Origin: Mytilus californianus
Taxonomy: Eukaryota
NCBI RefSeq assembly: GCF_021869535.1
Contig: NW_026262679.1
Span: 92,647,982-92,711,981, forward strand
DNA: 64,000 nucleotides
Direction of reading: 5' to 3'
This document shows positions 1 to 14,450 of this stretch, piece by piece; positions within the stretch are counted from its first letter, which is position 1; each line of letters opens with the position of its first letter. Made by a program: the position numbers and the translations under genes. Under the pieces are notes generated by a model. It was not told where the DNA came from, did no database searches, and saw nothing but the letters and a program-made list of their open reading frames with translations.

Positions 1-3000
1 ATTCCATGTGGACTGCTTCCAAAAAATAAAACCAGATAATCTCCAGAAAACTTCAGCATGACATCTCAACGTCCCCTTCTACAGGCATAGGCAGGAAGCC
101 TGTAGCGGTTGTAGAACACTAGCGAACATCTTTGCCGCCCGTCCTCGCGAGTCAGCGACGGAGGCCATCTCAACATCGATGACTGTCGTCCCGTTTGGAG
201 GTAACCAGCTAATTAAAGGAAACGCCACAAACAGCAAAATTACTTAATATTACTTACACTGCCTACATTTCTTCAGGTCTTTCTGACCGTCTCCTGGTTC
301 TTCTGCCATCCTTGGTATAATTGGAAATAAAAGAAAGTCATTATTATTCAGAATCTACACAAATCACAACATTTTTATACACAATTTTTTTTAAACATTT
401 TCTTATTGTTGAAGGACTTGTCTGTGAACTTGATTATGAAGAACAGCAATAAAATAAAAGGGTTTCTTTGTTGTATACCAAGTATATTTGACATTTTCCC
501 CCTCGTTTTTTTCAATTTTTCTGCTTCTTCAACAGGGACGTCAGAAAGAAACAATCAATTAAACAATCTACTTCAGCGGGTAATACCCATCCTCACACTT
601 CTACCAGTGAGCGTATCTTTTTTTCGTTTGGCTGCATCATAATTCCATGTGGACTGCTTCCAAAAAATAAAACCAGATAATCTCCAGAAAACTTCAGCAT
701 GACATCTCAACGTCCCCTTCTACAGGCATAGGCAGGAAGCCTGTAGCGGTTGTAGAACACTAGCGAACATCTTTGCCGCCCGTCCTCGCGAGTCAGCGAC
801 GGAGGCCATCTCAACATCGATGACTGTCGTCCCGTTTGGAGGTAACCAGCTAATTAAAGGAAACGCCACAAACAGCAAAATTACTTAATATTACTTACAC
901 TGCCTACATTTCTTCAGGTCTTTCTGACCGTCTCCTGGTTCTTCTGCCATCCTTGGTATAATTGGAAATAAAAGAAAGTCATTATTATTCAGAATCTACA
1001 CAAATCACAACATTTTTATACACAATTTTTTTTAAACATTTTCTTATTGTTGAAGGACTTGTCTGTGAACTTGATTATGAAGAACAGCAATAAAATAAAA
1101 GGGTTTCTTTGTTGTATACCAAGTATATTTGACATTTTCCCCCTCGTTTTTTTCAATTTTTCTGCTTCTTCAACAGGGACGTCAGAAAGAAACAATCAAT
1201 TAAACAATCTACTTCAGCGGGTAATACCCATCCTCACACTTCTACCAGTGAGCGTATCTTTTTTTCGTTTGGCTGCATCATAATTCCATGTGGACTGCTT
1301 CCAAAAAATAAAACCAGATAATCTCCAGAAAACTTCAGCATGACATCTCAACGTCCCCTTCTACAGGCATAGGCAGGAAGCCTGTAGCGGTCGTAGATCA
1401 CTAGCGAACATCTTTGCCGCCCGTCCTCGCGAGTCAGCGACGGAGGCCATCTCAACATCGATGACTGTCGTCCCGTTTGGAGGTAACCAGCTAATTAAAG
1501 GAAACGCCACAAACAGCAAAATTACTTAATATTACTTACACTGCCTACATTTCTTCAGGTCTTTCTGACCGTCTCCTGGTTCTTCTGCCATCCTTGGTAT
1601 AATTGGAAATAAAAGAAAGTCATTATTATTCAGAATCTACACAAATCACAACATTTTTATACACAATTTTTTTTAAACATTTTCTTATTGTTGAAGGACT
1701 TGTCTGTGAACTTGATTATGAAGAACAGCAATAAAATAAAAGGGTTTCTTTGTTGTATACCAAGTATATTTGACATTTTCCCTCTCTTTTTTTTTCAATT
1801 TTTCTGCTTCTTCAACAGGGACGTCAGAAAGAAACAATCAATTAAACAATCTACTTCAGCGGGTAATACCCATCCTCACACTTCTACCAGTGAGCGTATC
1901 TTTTTTTCGTTTGGCTGCATCATAATTCCATGTGGACTGCTTCCAAAAAATAAAACCAGATAATCTCCAGAAAACTTCAGCATGACATCTCAACGTCCCC
2001 TTCTACAGGCATAGGCAGGAAGCCTGTAGCGGTCGTAGATCACTAGCGAACATCTTTGCCGCCCGTCCTCGCGAGTCAGCGACGGAGGCCATCTCAACAT
2101 CGATGACTGTCGTCCCGTTTGGAGGTAACCAGCTAATTAAAGGAAACGCCACAAACAGCAAAATTACTTAATATTACTTACACTGCCTACATTTCTTCAG
2201 GTCTTTCTGACCGTCTCCTGGTTCTTCTGCCATCCTTGGTATAATTGGAAATAAAAGAAAGTCATTATTATTCAGAATCTACACAAATCACAACATTTTT
2301 ATACACAATTTTTTTTAAACATTTTCTTATTGTTGAAGGACTTGTCTGTGAACTTGATTATGAAGAACAGCAATAAAATAAAAGGGTTTCTTTGTTGTAT
2401 ACCAAGTATATTTGACATTTTCCCTCTCTTTTTTTTTCAATTTTTCTTCCTCTTCCACAGGGACGTCAGAAAGAAACAATCAATTAAACAATCTACTTCA
2501 GCGGGTAATACCCATCCTCACACTTCTACCAGTGAGCGTATCTTTTTTTCGTTTGGCTGCATCATAATTCCATGTGGACTGCTTCCAAAAAATAAAACCA
2601 GATAATCTCCAGAAAACTTCAGCATGACATCTCAACGTCCCCTTCTACAGGCATAGGCAGGAAGCCTGTAGCGGTCGTAGATCACTAGCGAACATCTTTG
2701 CCGCCCGTCCTCGCGAGTCAGCGACGGAGGCCATCTCAACATCGATGACTGTCGTCCCGTTTGGAGGTAACCAGCTAATTAAAGGAAACGCCACAAACAG
2801 CAAAATTACTTAATATTACTTACACTGCCTACATTTCTTCAGGTCTTTCTGACCGTCTCCTGGTTCTTCTGCCATCCTTGGTATAATTGGAAATAAAAGA
2901 AAGTCATTATTATTCAGAATCTACACAAATCACAACATTTTTATACACAATTTTTTTTAAACATTTTCTTATTGTTGAAGGACTTGTCTGTGAACTTGAT

Positions 3001-4872
3001 TATGAAGAACAGCAATAAAATAAAAGGGTTTCTTTGTTGTATACCAAGTATATTTGACATTTTCCCTCTCTTTTTTTTTCAATTTTTCTGCTTCTTCAAC
3101 AGGGACGTCAGAAAGAAACAATCAATTAAACAACCTACTTCAGCGGGTAATACCCATCCTCACACTTCTACCAGTGAGCGTATCTTTTTTTCGTTTGGCT
3201 GCATCATAATTCCATGTGGACTGCTTCCAAAAAATAAAACCAGATAATCTCCAGAAAACTTCAGCATGACATCTCAACGTCCCCTTCTACAGGCATAGGC
3301 AGGAAGCCTGTAGCGGTCGTAGATCACTAGCGAACATCTTTGCCGCCCGTCCTCGCGAGTCAGCGACGGAGGCCATCTCAACATCGATGACTGTCGTCCC
3401 GTTTGGAGGTAACCAGCTAATTAAAGGAAACGCCACAAACAGCAAAATTACTTAATATTACTTACACTGCCTACATTTCTTCAGGTCTTTCTGACCGTCT
3501 CCTGGTTCTTCTGCCATCCTTGGTATAATTGGAAATAAAAGAAAGTCATTATTATTCAGAATCTACACAAATCACAACATTTTTATACACAATTTTTTTT
3601 AAACATTTTCTTATTGTTGAAGGACTTGTCTGTGAACTTGATTATGAAGAACAGCAATAAAATAAAAGGGTTTCTTTGTTGTATACCAAGTATATTTGAC
3701 ATTTTCCCTCTCTTTTTTTTTCAATTTTTCTGCTTCTTCAACAGGGACGTCAGAAAGAAACAATCAATTAAACAATCTACTTCAGCGGGTAATACCCATC
3801 CTCACACTTCTACCAGTGAGCGTATCTTTTTTTCGTTTGGCTGCATCATAATTCCATGTGGACTGCTTCCAAAAAATAAAACCAGATAATCTCCAGAAAA
3901 CTTCAGCATGACATCTCAACGTCCCCTTCTACAGGCATAGGCAGGAAGCCTGTAGCGGTCGTAGATCACTAGCGAACATCTTTGCCGCCCGTCCTCGCGA
4001 GTCAGCGACGGAGGCCATCTCAACATCGATGACTGTCGTCCCGTTTGGAGGTAACCAGCTAATTAAAGGAAACGCCACAAACAGCAAAATTACTTAATAT
4101 TACTTACACTGCCTACATTTCTTCAGGTCTTTCTGACCGTCTCCTGGTTCTTCTGCCATCCTTGGTATAATTGGAAATAAAAGAAAGTCATTATTATTCA
4201 GAATCTACACAAATCACAACATTTTTATACACAATTTTTTTTAAACATTTTCTTATTGTTGAAGGACTTGTCTGTGAACTTGATTATGAAGAACAGCAAT
4301 AAAATAAAAGGGTTTCTTTGTTGTATACCAAGTATATTTGACATTTTCCCTCTCTTTTTTTTTCAATTTTTCTGCTTCTTCAACAGGGACGTCAGAAAGA
4401 AACAATCAATTAAACAACCTACTTCAGCGGGTAATACCCATCCTCACACTTCTACCAGTGAGCGTATCTTTTTTTCGTTTGGCTGCATCATAATTCCATG
4501 TGGACTGCTTCCAAAAAATAAAACCAGATAATCTCCAGAAAACTTCAGCATGACATCTCAACGTCCCCTTCTACAGGCATAGGCAGGAAGCCTGTAGCGG
4601 TCGTAGATCACTAGCGAACATCTTTGCCGCCCGTCCTCGCGAGTCAGCGACGGAGGCCATCTCAACATCGATGACTGTCGTCCCGTTTGGAGGTAACCAG
4701 CTAATTAAAGGAAACGCCACAAACAGCAAAATTACTTAATATTACTTACACTGCCTACATTTCTTCAGGTCTTTCTGACCGTCTCCTGGTTCTTCTGCCA
4801 TCCTTGGTATAATTGGAAATAAAAGAAAGTCATTATTATTCAGAATCTACACAAATCACAACATTTTTATAC
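1..4872. repeat. Tandem satellite, 641-642 bp monomer, 7 full + 1 partial copies; array continues upstream of window
   Basis: Identical ORF-track entries recur every 641/642 bp (406, 1047, 1688, 2330, 2972, 3614, 4256). Monomer boundaries ('attccatgtggactgcttcc') fall at 1, 642, 1283, 1925, 2567, 3209, 3851, 4493. The array ends at ~4872, where 'ttatacacaatttttttt' is replaced by 'ttatacaaaatttgaag'. Two subvariants exist: copies 1-2 versus copies 3-8, which carry a 1-bp indel in the T-tract and the substitutions gttgtagaac/gtcgtagatc. Confidence 0.95.
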
Positions 4873-7179
4873 AAAATTTGAAGAAAAAAATCCACCATAT
4901 TAGATTATAGTTAAAGTTCTAGTTGGATATACACACTTTAGTTGAGTAGTCTTTGAGAAAAGATTGAGGATGAAACTTTTTTTAGTTCATTCAACATATT
5001 GAAAAACAAGTACGTGTGTAAAGGCAAACAGGAAGTAGGCGAACGAGAGATCTAAGACATGCTCACAGGTTACAACTAGTCACTGTTAAGCTGAAGACCA
5101 AATATGAAGTCATCCTGTTCAATACCTTTTGAGACTGATTATACCAAACAAGTAAAATTACTGGTATTGACATTTCTTATAAAACTTGTTACACATTTTT
5201 GAACAAATTTATTTTACAACATTTTGACAATGATTGGTTCTTTTTCAGTTGCTCTGGTACTTTTCAAATGTTTACCAGTGAACAAACAGATTACTGATTC
5301 AATAAAAAAAAGTTATACTGAAAAAAAATGTACTCTGCTTGCCTTTTCAATAATGAAAATTTTAAATGGACTAATTTTTTCCAATTTTTAAACGTGAAGA
5401 GAAGCAGAGTCTTTAAAATAAGACTTAAATGTACTCAGTATATGATTAGTACTTTTAAAAACATTCCAAATATTTGAATTAAAAAATATATCTCTCCTAA
5501 GTAAGTCTAACATTATTATCCTAAAGTTTGGCTTTAAAAATTGTTTGGTTCCTTAATTTATGCAAAACAATGAAAATCTCAGGAAAAAAATCTGTTTAGT
5601 TGCACAAACCCTTAAAGCCTTGCTATCAATATTAAAAAATTTAATGAAACCTTTAATAGATATTGAACTAAAATCTTGTTAACACTTAAAATATCTGTTT
5701 GAAACACTCATTTATACTCGGGATGTCTTCAGTCAAAGTCAGTCAAATGTTTTAATGAACAGAACAGTTCAATGCAACAAACAAACATCAAGTGATTTCA
5801 TCTTGCAACCTCATTCAAGAGGTGCTACCACTGGTGGGCATTCTTACTGTGGTCATTAGTGACATATCGTTTATATATTTTGTCAGAAGTCTTCGTGTAT
5901 CAGTCAAGGTGCAGTTTTTTGTATGGTAGTCTAAGAGAAGAAATGAGTATTATAAAAACCTTTTAAAATAAAAGTCCTTCTTTGAAAGTATGAATATAAG
6001 GACATTACATTATAAGCAAGATGTTATATGATGTAGGATACACTTTGGACATGTTAGTGCTCTAATAGGGGTCTCCATGCTGTTACTTATAATGAGTTGT
6101 GTTTTAACAATGACATCCTACATCATATACTTCATGATTTGGAAAAATGCAAACAAAATCTTTCATTGATGTAACCATGGCTAAGGATAATGCAATAATT
6201 TCAATTTCTGTTTTTCTTTTAGTAAGTTATTGAGAAGGAAATTAATGTCAAGGACTCACATAAAAGAAACAATCTGAGAAAGTGAATAATATTGTCTTGT
6301 AGATTTTTGTTTAAAAAAAAAAGAATTGAAAAAGGTATTCACATGACATGTGAGCTTCGTCAAATAGAAATCAACCTGATGCAAGTGCATGACTGTATAC
6401 ATGTGTACATGTACAAGACTGATTGATTTTGGAACATTCAAATACAAAATAAAAGATGACTTTTGGTCTGTATTGTAGAGTTCTTATACATGTACCAACT
6501 AAATTTTTACAGTTACAGACTTTAGTAGAGATTTTTTTAAGCCAAAATAAGTTAACAGATCGATGTATTGATAAATTATTCATTTGCATAAGGTTGATTT
6601 CTATCCAACGCAGCTCATGTATTATTATTCACTTCAATAAAAACAAATGAAAAAATGAAAAATAAAATTCAAATGAAAACGAAAAAAAACTTTAAAATAG
6701 TAGGAATAAATTTGACACAATTTAGAAATAAGATTGGGAGAGGCAACAATAATTTGCTTACTGTTAGACATGTAAGATTAGCATTACTGTATATTCAGAA
6801 ATTACTGCGAGGTTTTTATTTAATGAGAATAATGCAACTGAGTGAGTATTGCAATAATAAGCGGTTTTTCATGGAATAGCAATAATTAATCTTGCATTTT
6901 TGTCCATTCTTCAAAAATCACAATAATAAATGCACACGATATTTCTGAATTTACAGTATCTAGCTATACCAAAACTATCAATTGAAATAAGTTTCCTAAT
7001 TAATCTGGAAGAATCAATCTGACTGTTTATCACACTTAAATAAAAATAAACATCAGTTATCTCCCATTAATTAAATGTCAACTTGTAAAAATTTTTAAGT
7101 ACCTTAGGAACTGAAAAAGAAACAATCTAAAATATTATAGGCCAATGAAAAGGTTTCTAATTAGATACATATTATAATA

Positions 7180-7560
7180 ATGAGCTGCGCCATGACTGCA
7201 TGATACGTCCATCGGTTTTTCAACGAATAAAGTTCCATTCAAACTCCTCAATGTCATATCAGAAATTTATAAAAAACTAAAGGGAGCTTATTCTAATAGA
7301 TATGTTACCCAGTCACCAAAGTTTCACGAGATCTGCTCAAAGCATTTTTGAATTATTGTCTGAAAACTGGAAACTCCCCCATTTTTTATGAATAAAATCC
7401 CACAACTCGGAAACGTAACATCTAAAATTTATAAAAATCGAAAGGGAGCTTCAACAATAGATATAAACAATTCACCAAAGTTTCATCAGAATTGGTTAGA
7501 GAGATTTTGAGTAAATGTCTGTCATGTTGATGACGGAAAGATGGACAACAGGATATAAGA
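7180..7560 (+). mobile_element. pearl/Helentron-like nonautonomous element (internal ~140-bp subrepeats, GACGG-type tail)
   Basis: The 5' end 'gagctgcgccatgactgcatgatacg' is almost identical to the start of the element at 27450. It contains two ~140-bp subrepeats ('...aaaatttataaaaatcgaaagggagct...caccaaagtttca...') and ends 'gttgatgacggaaagatggacaacagg'. Confidence 0.5.
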
Positions 7561-8344
7561 TAATTTTATATTTTGATAAATATTTGCCATTTTGTATTTA
7601 CTTGTAGTATCAATAATGCCACAAAAAATTACTTACCATGTTCAATTATAATCATATTCTTACCATACCTCTCAGAATCTGCAAGAGCTAACTCATGTAC
7701 AAAAATTGCTTGCTCTTTATGTCTGTTTTCTGCCATGTTGTTGGGTTTCACTAAAATATTGGTTTTATAGTTAATGTTGAAAACTGTGACAATTTTTTTT
7801 TTCAACTAAATTATTTTTTCTATAAAAATGATAAGTTTATATGTTTTATTCAACTTTAAAAAAAAAAATGTTATCCAATTCAATGAAGACTGATCAGTCA
7901 TCATCACAACTTCATTGATCAATAAACACCACCTGCCAGTGTGCAAGAGGTTGTGGGTTCAATTCCAAACAAGTTCAAATGACAATTTCAGTGATAAAAA
8001 AATAGTTGTTTGGAGTCGGAATGTTTCTGGTTACTGTGACTGAGGTCTTCCTTCAGACTGTTGACTTGTGAACTTTGCACCCTAAAAGTCAATTGTGAGT
8101 CTAGTACATGCAGGTTTACTTACATGTTCTCGTCCTGAATATGTAATATTTTCCACTGGACACAAACACCAATTCATATAAATTTCACTTAATTTCTAAT
8201 GATTGATTGAACATCAATATGTATAGCCACTTTCAGCACTCTTAGCTATATCTCTGGACAGTTTTAAATGGTAGAGAAATCCAAAGTACTGCGGCCCCTA
8301 CTTTCTGATATTTTTACATCTCAAGAAAAATAATTTGCTGACTA

Positions 8345-8470
8345 TAATATAAAAATAAGATGTGGTATGATTGCCAATGAGACAACTCTCCACAAGAGAC
8401 CAAATGACACAGACATTAACAACTATAGGTCACCGTACAGCCTTCAACAATGAGTAAAACCCATACTGCA
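8345..8470 (-). repeat. Solo 3'-terminal fragment of a Penelope-like element (same family as element at 23290-27180)
   Basis: The minus strand reads '...gtatgggttttactcattgttgaaggctgtacggtgacc...gagttgtctcattggcaatcataccacatcttatttttat'. This matches the 3' end of element B (27035-27180). Confidence 0.6.
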
Positions 8471-9964
8471 TTATACCTGTATTAACTGGAGCTAACATTG
8501 GTTAAGTTACTATGCTGTTTCTCAGCTATCCTTTCACTAGGGCTATCATGGGGGAAGTTGTAATACTGTCACTCAACTCTCCTATTTGCCAGGCTTCCAC
8601 TGCGGGAAATTGATATACAGTGACCAGTCACTCTGTACTCCCTAGATATATGAAAAAAAATATGATAATCTATTTTATTATTGTGTCACACATTGACTGA
8701 CATACATACATGTATTATACAATAACATTAAAACATACATAGAACAATCAATACCCAGCCATATAAATTTGGCTTATGAGACCCATTGCATAAAATATAT
8801 ACATTTTCTAAAAAATCCAACTATACTTTGAAATTCATTTTTTAAAATAATAACTATGATTTTAGAGTATTTTCAACATGAATAAAACAAAAACAAAAAT
8901 AAATCAAAATATTTTGTAATATTTTTACATCGCATAAAAAATTTATACTTTTACATAAAAACGGCTGAATCTCGGGAGCAGTTCATGATTTGTATAAACT
9001 TTAAATCATTCAAATTTTCCACAGTGGGCGACCTAGGATGGACATCATGTTTAAATATGCAGCGCATTCCTTGCGTACAGCTTCTGTGTAAACTTACACG
9101 AATGGATAAGGATAGATCTGTGTTTAATATCTGGAGTTGGATATCGCGATATTTGCCATTTGTATCGAACAAAAAAAAATAATTCAACTACTGAGTGGAG
9201 TGGCGATAATTTCTGTGTTCTTTAATTTTTTACACTAATCGACTTACACTTTAAACTCATGTAAGTGTAAAATTTATCGTAAGTCTAAAATATTCCTTAA
9301 CAATTCAACTGAATATTTTTATCGTAAGATTAATTTTACACTTAAGATTTTTTGTGAAAAGGGCTACTGTAACCATAAACGATTGACTTTACAATGTTAT
9401 GAGGTCATAAGTAGTAAAGGTAATTTTTCAGTCTTGAGTTGCAAGTAAATGGCACAAAGTCCCACGCCTGACCGTCACACAATTGATAGGACAAAAATTC
9501 ACAATTAAATAGTAAAACTGTTTACTATCGTTTGAATATATTAGAGAAACTTAAATTATTGAAGTACTTTCTTTTTATCACAAAAATTCATTATACAGCT
9601 TGGGATATTGTTCGTTAGAATTGATAAATGAAGACTTATCAAATTTTATTCATGCAAAGGATATATTTCTTGGTACCATAAAGCCAGTCAAGTAATAATT
9701 TTTTTTCGCAGCCTATTTTCTAAATAATCACTAGATCATTATAAATTCTTTTACCGTGAATTAATTTTGTTTACAAAGTTGTTTATACTTATAATTATTA
9801 ATGTTCAAGAAAACACAAAATATTACTATGAAATAAGTTTTTCACATTGTAAATCAGAGACAAACTATCTCTAACCTGACTTTTTCTGGTACCATCTTTG
9901 TGTCCGGGGCTTTTATGTCCTACATTTGAAATGTATCATCTTAATTCAACAAATGGATATAATG

Positions 9965-10085
9965 CTTATAAATAAAAAGATGTGGTATGATGAAAACTTT
10001 CCGTCAATTGAAAGAACAAAATACGAGGATGTTAACAACTATAGGACACTGTACGTCATTCAACATTGAGTAAAACCCAGTTATA
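9965..10085 (-). repeat. Solo PLE 3'-terminal fragment (same family)
   Basis: 'aagatgtggtatgatgaaaactttccgtcaattgaaagaacaaaatacgaggatgttaacaactataggacactgtacgtcattcaacattgagtaaaaccc' is homologous to 8345-8470 and 13985-14110. Confidence 0.5.
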
Positions 10086-10984
10086 CATGTTATAAACAGT
10101 TATGTTATAAAATGCCCCGGTATGAAAAAATGAGAAATCATTTAAAAGAAAAAAACGCTGTATCTGTATTACCTTTAGATAATGATGTTTATTCCTAACA
10201 TAAACCCATATTGAAAAGAAAAGATGGGAGTAATATGCAAAAGCAAGACACAATACAATTTCATATGAAACTCATAAATCTCGAAAACATATGCGGTGTG
10301 AATCTAAATTTTTCAATAAACTATAGAGCTTCATCTTCACATGTGTATCCGGGATCGTTTTCCGTCTTCCTCAAGCAAGTTTGAAAAGCAATTCATATTG
10401 ATGAAGATAACAAATGTTTTCATATATATTTACCTGCAAAATCGCTAAATATGTTCATGAAAAAGCATTATAGGTCTGCTATATACAACTTTTTATACAG
10501 CCATTGTATGAGGGTTCTTTGAATTTTAGACATAAACAAAAACATGTCTATCCAAAACAATTTTGTAATCACATAGCCCGGTAAGCAGAAAGGCAAAATA
10601 GATTTTCAAAAATATTTAATATGCACTAATGTGGGATGGTCATTTTTATATAGACACCAATAGGAGGCGAATTGGAACTTAGACAATTTACTGTGAAAAA
10701 AAGGCATAGGATAGCAAATTCTCAGTACCAAAAACAAGATGTGTGGCATAAACTTAAACAAACCAGAGTTAAGTTCTTGTTTTGTATTTTCTTTTATGCA
10801 CGTTCTGTTAATCTATACTGTCAGATTCAAAAGGGGGAGGGTTGAGACCTACAAAAGAAAGTTTAACTCGAACACATTTTCATATACATGTACTGGTACC
10901 TGTCCAAATTTGGGGACCTCGTAAGTAGTTGTCGTATGTCATATCTTATTTGTTTTCGTTATTAGGAGAATGTTTGTGTTTATA

Positions 10985-11085
10985 ACAGACCTTAAGAAAA
11001 ATAAGAAGATGTGGTATTATTGTCAATATTAGAAAACAATCCACCAGAGACTCAAAAACAAGGATGTAAGCAAACACCACATAGT
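10985..11085 (-). repeat. Diverged PLE 3'-terminal fragment
   Basis: 'aagatgtggtattattgtcaatattagaaaacaatccaccagagactcaaaaacaaggatgtaagcaaacacca' shares the 'agatgtggtat...caat' head with the other tail fragments. Confidence 0.35.
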
Positions 11086-11935
11086 TTTTTTTTTAAATTC
11101 ACATTGAACGTCTAGACTATGGGCAATTTAGATCTTGACATTTTTATAAAGGCATGTCTATTGTTGAGTATCCAAGTTGCCCTGTAAGAGCCTGTCTTTT
11201 GGAGAAGGCTATATTTTGCTCTCTAGATGTCTAAGTTATGTATGTGCATGGTTGGGTTGCTATCTCATTTACCAGAAGTTCATGACTTCTGCATTTACTT
11301 ATACCCCACATCTACCTTCATTCATAGAAAAAGTTTGATCTGATAGAAATGATTACACTGATATTGAAAGGCAAAGTAATATTATTTTTGAAATATCAGA
11401 AAACCTGTTGCAGATATCAAATGATATGTCAAAGAGAGTGCCCAACTGTTTTTGAATTTATTATTATAATTTAACTGTTGAATAAGTTTTTTTTTTTATA
11501 TCATCGGACATTTGAATGTTCTAGATGCACAATTAACATATTGGATAGAAAATAAAAGGATATGGACTCCGTAAATGAACATTGGACAAAATCGCACACA
11601 ATACATAGAAAATTATCAATGGACAGGGCTTTTATTCCCGTTCTTCATCTTGACAGTTGATGTAGGGTCTTCAACAATGAACGAATCATTCCAATATTTC
11701 AACATTCAAAATTTTAGTTAGATCTCTCATGCACACAAGACATGTTAGACGGGGCTATATATGTTCATGTATAAGCATCCCTGAGTACAGAAGTTGACGG
11801 AGTTATACGTTAAGTGTACATTAAACTTTTAGTACTGTCAAATGATATTCAAAATCAGCATGAATGTCGGTCTACATCTTTCATTAATTGAATAGCTGGC
11901 AGATGATAAAACAACGGGTGGTTGTTGTTTAAACT

Positions 11936-12123
11936 CACACCTTAATATGGTTAAGATAAGAACACAATAAACGATACTTGTACATATCTTTTTCCTTCCA
12001 ATAAATAAAATATGTATTATACATAATAAACTCACACCTTAATATGGTTAAGATAAGAACACAATAAACGATACTTGTACATATCTTTTTCCTTCCAATT
12101 AATAAAATATGTATTATACATAA
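11936..12123. repeat. Tandem duplication, ~94 bp x2
   Basis: 'ctcacaccttaatatggttaagataagaacacaataaacgatacttgtacatatctttttccttccaat(a/t)aataaaatatgtattatacataataa' occurs twice in direct succession. Confidence 0.85.
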
Positions 12124-13984
12124 TAAGTGTTTATGAGAAAGAAAGACAATTAAATGTTACTTTTCCCGAACCCTACAAAACTTTAATAGCAATACACAAA
12201 TGCTATGCTTTGCATTTTTAAATAATTCATCATCCAACTTTTAGTACAGAATTTCAAATTCACATTGTTTCCTTTGTCATTAGGTGTGTACTGCAAATAA
12301 GCTCTTTGTAATTCATTAGCAATTTTCTAATCATACAAAATGTGTTTAAGTTCTATCTATATATTTGAAAAATAACCGGATAATGTTTAAAATTTTAACA
12401 ATTTTTAATAAGGACTAAAATTCAATTTAACATTTTCGTCATCATGAATTTATTTCAAACAATAATTGAAAAATGATTAACATTATTATTATTTTTTTTT
12501 AAGTTTCGACGCTATCTTATATCAAATATTTTCCGTCTTTCCCAATATGGTATGTATAGATATTGGTTTCAGTTCTTTACAATATACGTATACATGAACT
12601 GACGTTTGATAACGAAATAATCACCATATTCAAACTTCCAGGGACACCATCAAATGTAAACTTAAAATATTTTTTTTTGCACCTTCAGAAAGAAGAATTA
12701 TACAAAAATAACATGGGACATGGCGAAATAATGTCACTGCAATAATGAATTTTATAGGATTTTTTTACTACCACTCGTCATCATTGAATTTGGTTAAGTT
12801 ATGTAGGAAAAACGTATCTTTTCATGGGAAATTTTCAAATCATTAGGGACACCACTTTAAAATAACATAAAATAATTTTTTTAAAATCAAAATAAAGATA
12901 AATCTAATAATATTTTCACCTGCCATGGCAATAGTTTATGATTTTACAAATAAAATGTTGACAAATCATTTTAAAGCAACTGTCATGTTTTTTTCCATAT
13001 ACAACAATGTTAAATTTTATCAGTCCAAAAGTGCTCCGTTGTTGGTCACTGATAACACTACCCCCGCTGAGCTGTCCCTGATTCTTGTGTATGTACAACA
13101 TTCAAACCGGTCTACTCGATTCGCATATTCGCTCATTTAAATATGTAAATTTTATTGGCAGGAGGATTTTGGACTTAAAAGACATAATCTAGCCATAGAC
13201 AGGAGGGATCTGAATATTCTGCCGAACAAAATCCAGGCGGCTAGTAAACAATTTTGAACAAAAGGCCCACCAACAGGCGAAAATGAAGATTCCGAGATTC
13301 CGTCCGAAAAAAAATTCCCTCACCAGAAAAGCAAATGGTCGTCCCCTAAAAATATTGAAAAGTGGTCGTAACATGTATAGTCTTCATGTGTTTTTAACTC
13401 GTTCTCGACATTCAAGCTAAACATTCATAATGTGTTAAAATTATGGTGTCGGTGAAGAAAGAATAAGACTGACCTGACTGATAATATAAGGAATTTCCAA
13501 CCACAAAGTCAAGATATTAAATAGTCGTTAATTTTCAAACAACCGGTTCATTTTTAGGTGTTAACTTCAAATCATGACATCCCTCGTAAGAAAAATTAGA
13601 ACAATAGAACTTACCCGCCAAATACATTAACCAATCAATGGATAGCGGTTTAATGAACCGTGAATTGGAAAATAAAGACGTTCGGTGAAACAAAACTTTA
13701 CTAACACTTTAAACTGGGAATTAATATTGGGCCCTAGACTAAAACAAAAGACAAAATCAGTCCGTCAATTGTCTAGGTCCACGTCAATTAGTTAAAATAA
13801 GGGGGAAATTACAGCTGCCGCATAGAAAGGTGCGGGTCCAGGATTTGGAAAACGGGGCCCCTGTCAATCCAATGTTGGGAGTGATATAATTACTTGTAAA
13901 AAAGTATGCATTAAATATACGTATGAAAAAATCTTTAGTAACATAGCTTGACTGCTGAAGCCATGAAACCACATATAATCACAG

Positions 13985-14335
13985 ATACTTCTTTCCTGAT
14001 GTGGCATGAAATGCCAATAAGACAACTATCCAACACAGTCCCTTACTGAGGCGGATTTAAGCAACTATAGGTCACCGAACGGTCTTCAATAATGAGCAAA
14101 ACCAATACCGTGTAGTCAGTTATAAAATGTCCCGATTTTACAAAACTTTTGTGAAACATATCAGGCAAATGAGGGGAAAAAAAGAGTTAATTGATGACAA
14201 ACCGAAAAACAGACAATACCGTGTAGTCAGTTATAAAATGTCCCGACATTACAAAAACAAAATGTGAAACATATCAAACGAGGAAAAAAAAAAGTTAATT
14301 GATGACAAAACGAAAAACTGATGTAACAATTAAAC
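13985..14335 (-). repeat. PLE 3'-terminal fragment followed by ~118-bp tandem duplication
   Basis: 13985-14110 matches the tail family ('gatgtggcatgaaatgccaataagacaactatcc...caactataggtcaccgaacggtcttcaataatgagcaaaacc'). 'accaataccgtgtagtcagttataaaatgtcccga...gttaattgatgacaaa(a/c)cgaaaaac' is repeated at 14100-14218 and 14219-14335. Confidence 0.5.
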
Positions 14336-14349
14336 AGCAAACAATGACA

Positions 14350-14450
14350 ACCTTCCAGACTTGCGACAAGCACAAAAAAGTCATGAAGATTTGGCATGGT
14401 TAAACATGTTTGTGAGCACTCAACCTCCCTCTAACTTGGAAAAATGGTGT
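14350..14450 (-). repeat. Fragment carrying the PLE 3'-UTR hairpin motif
   Basis: 'gacttgcgacaagcacaaaaaagtcatgaagatttggcatggttaaacatgtttgtgagcactcaacctccctc' is a diverged copy of 'gacttgggacaggcgcaaaaatgcggcggggttaaacatgtttatgagatctcaaccctccc' (15321-15385). Confidence 0.45.

Noticed and set aside
406-4531. Seven ORF-track entries of 78-91 aa (MLKDLSVNLIMKNS...) inside the satellite monomers
   Set aside because: - They are low-complexity, repeat-phase artefacts of the tandem array.
- The frame differs between subvariants because of a 1-bp indel, and there is no domain signature.
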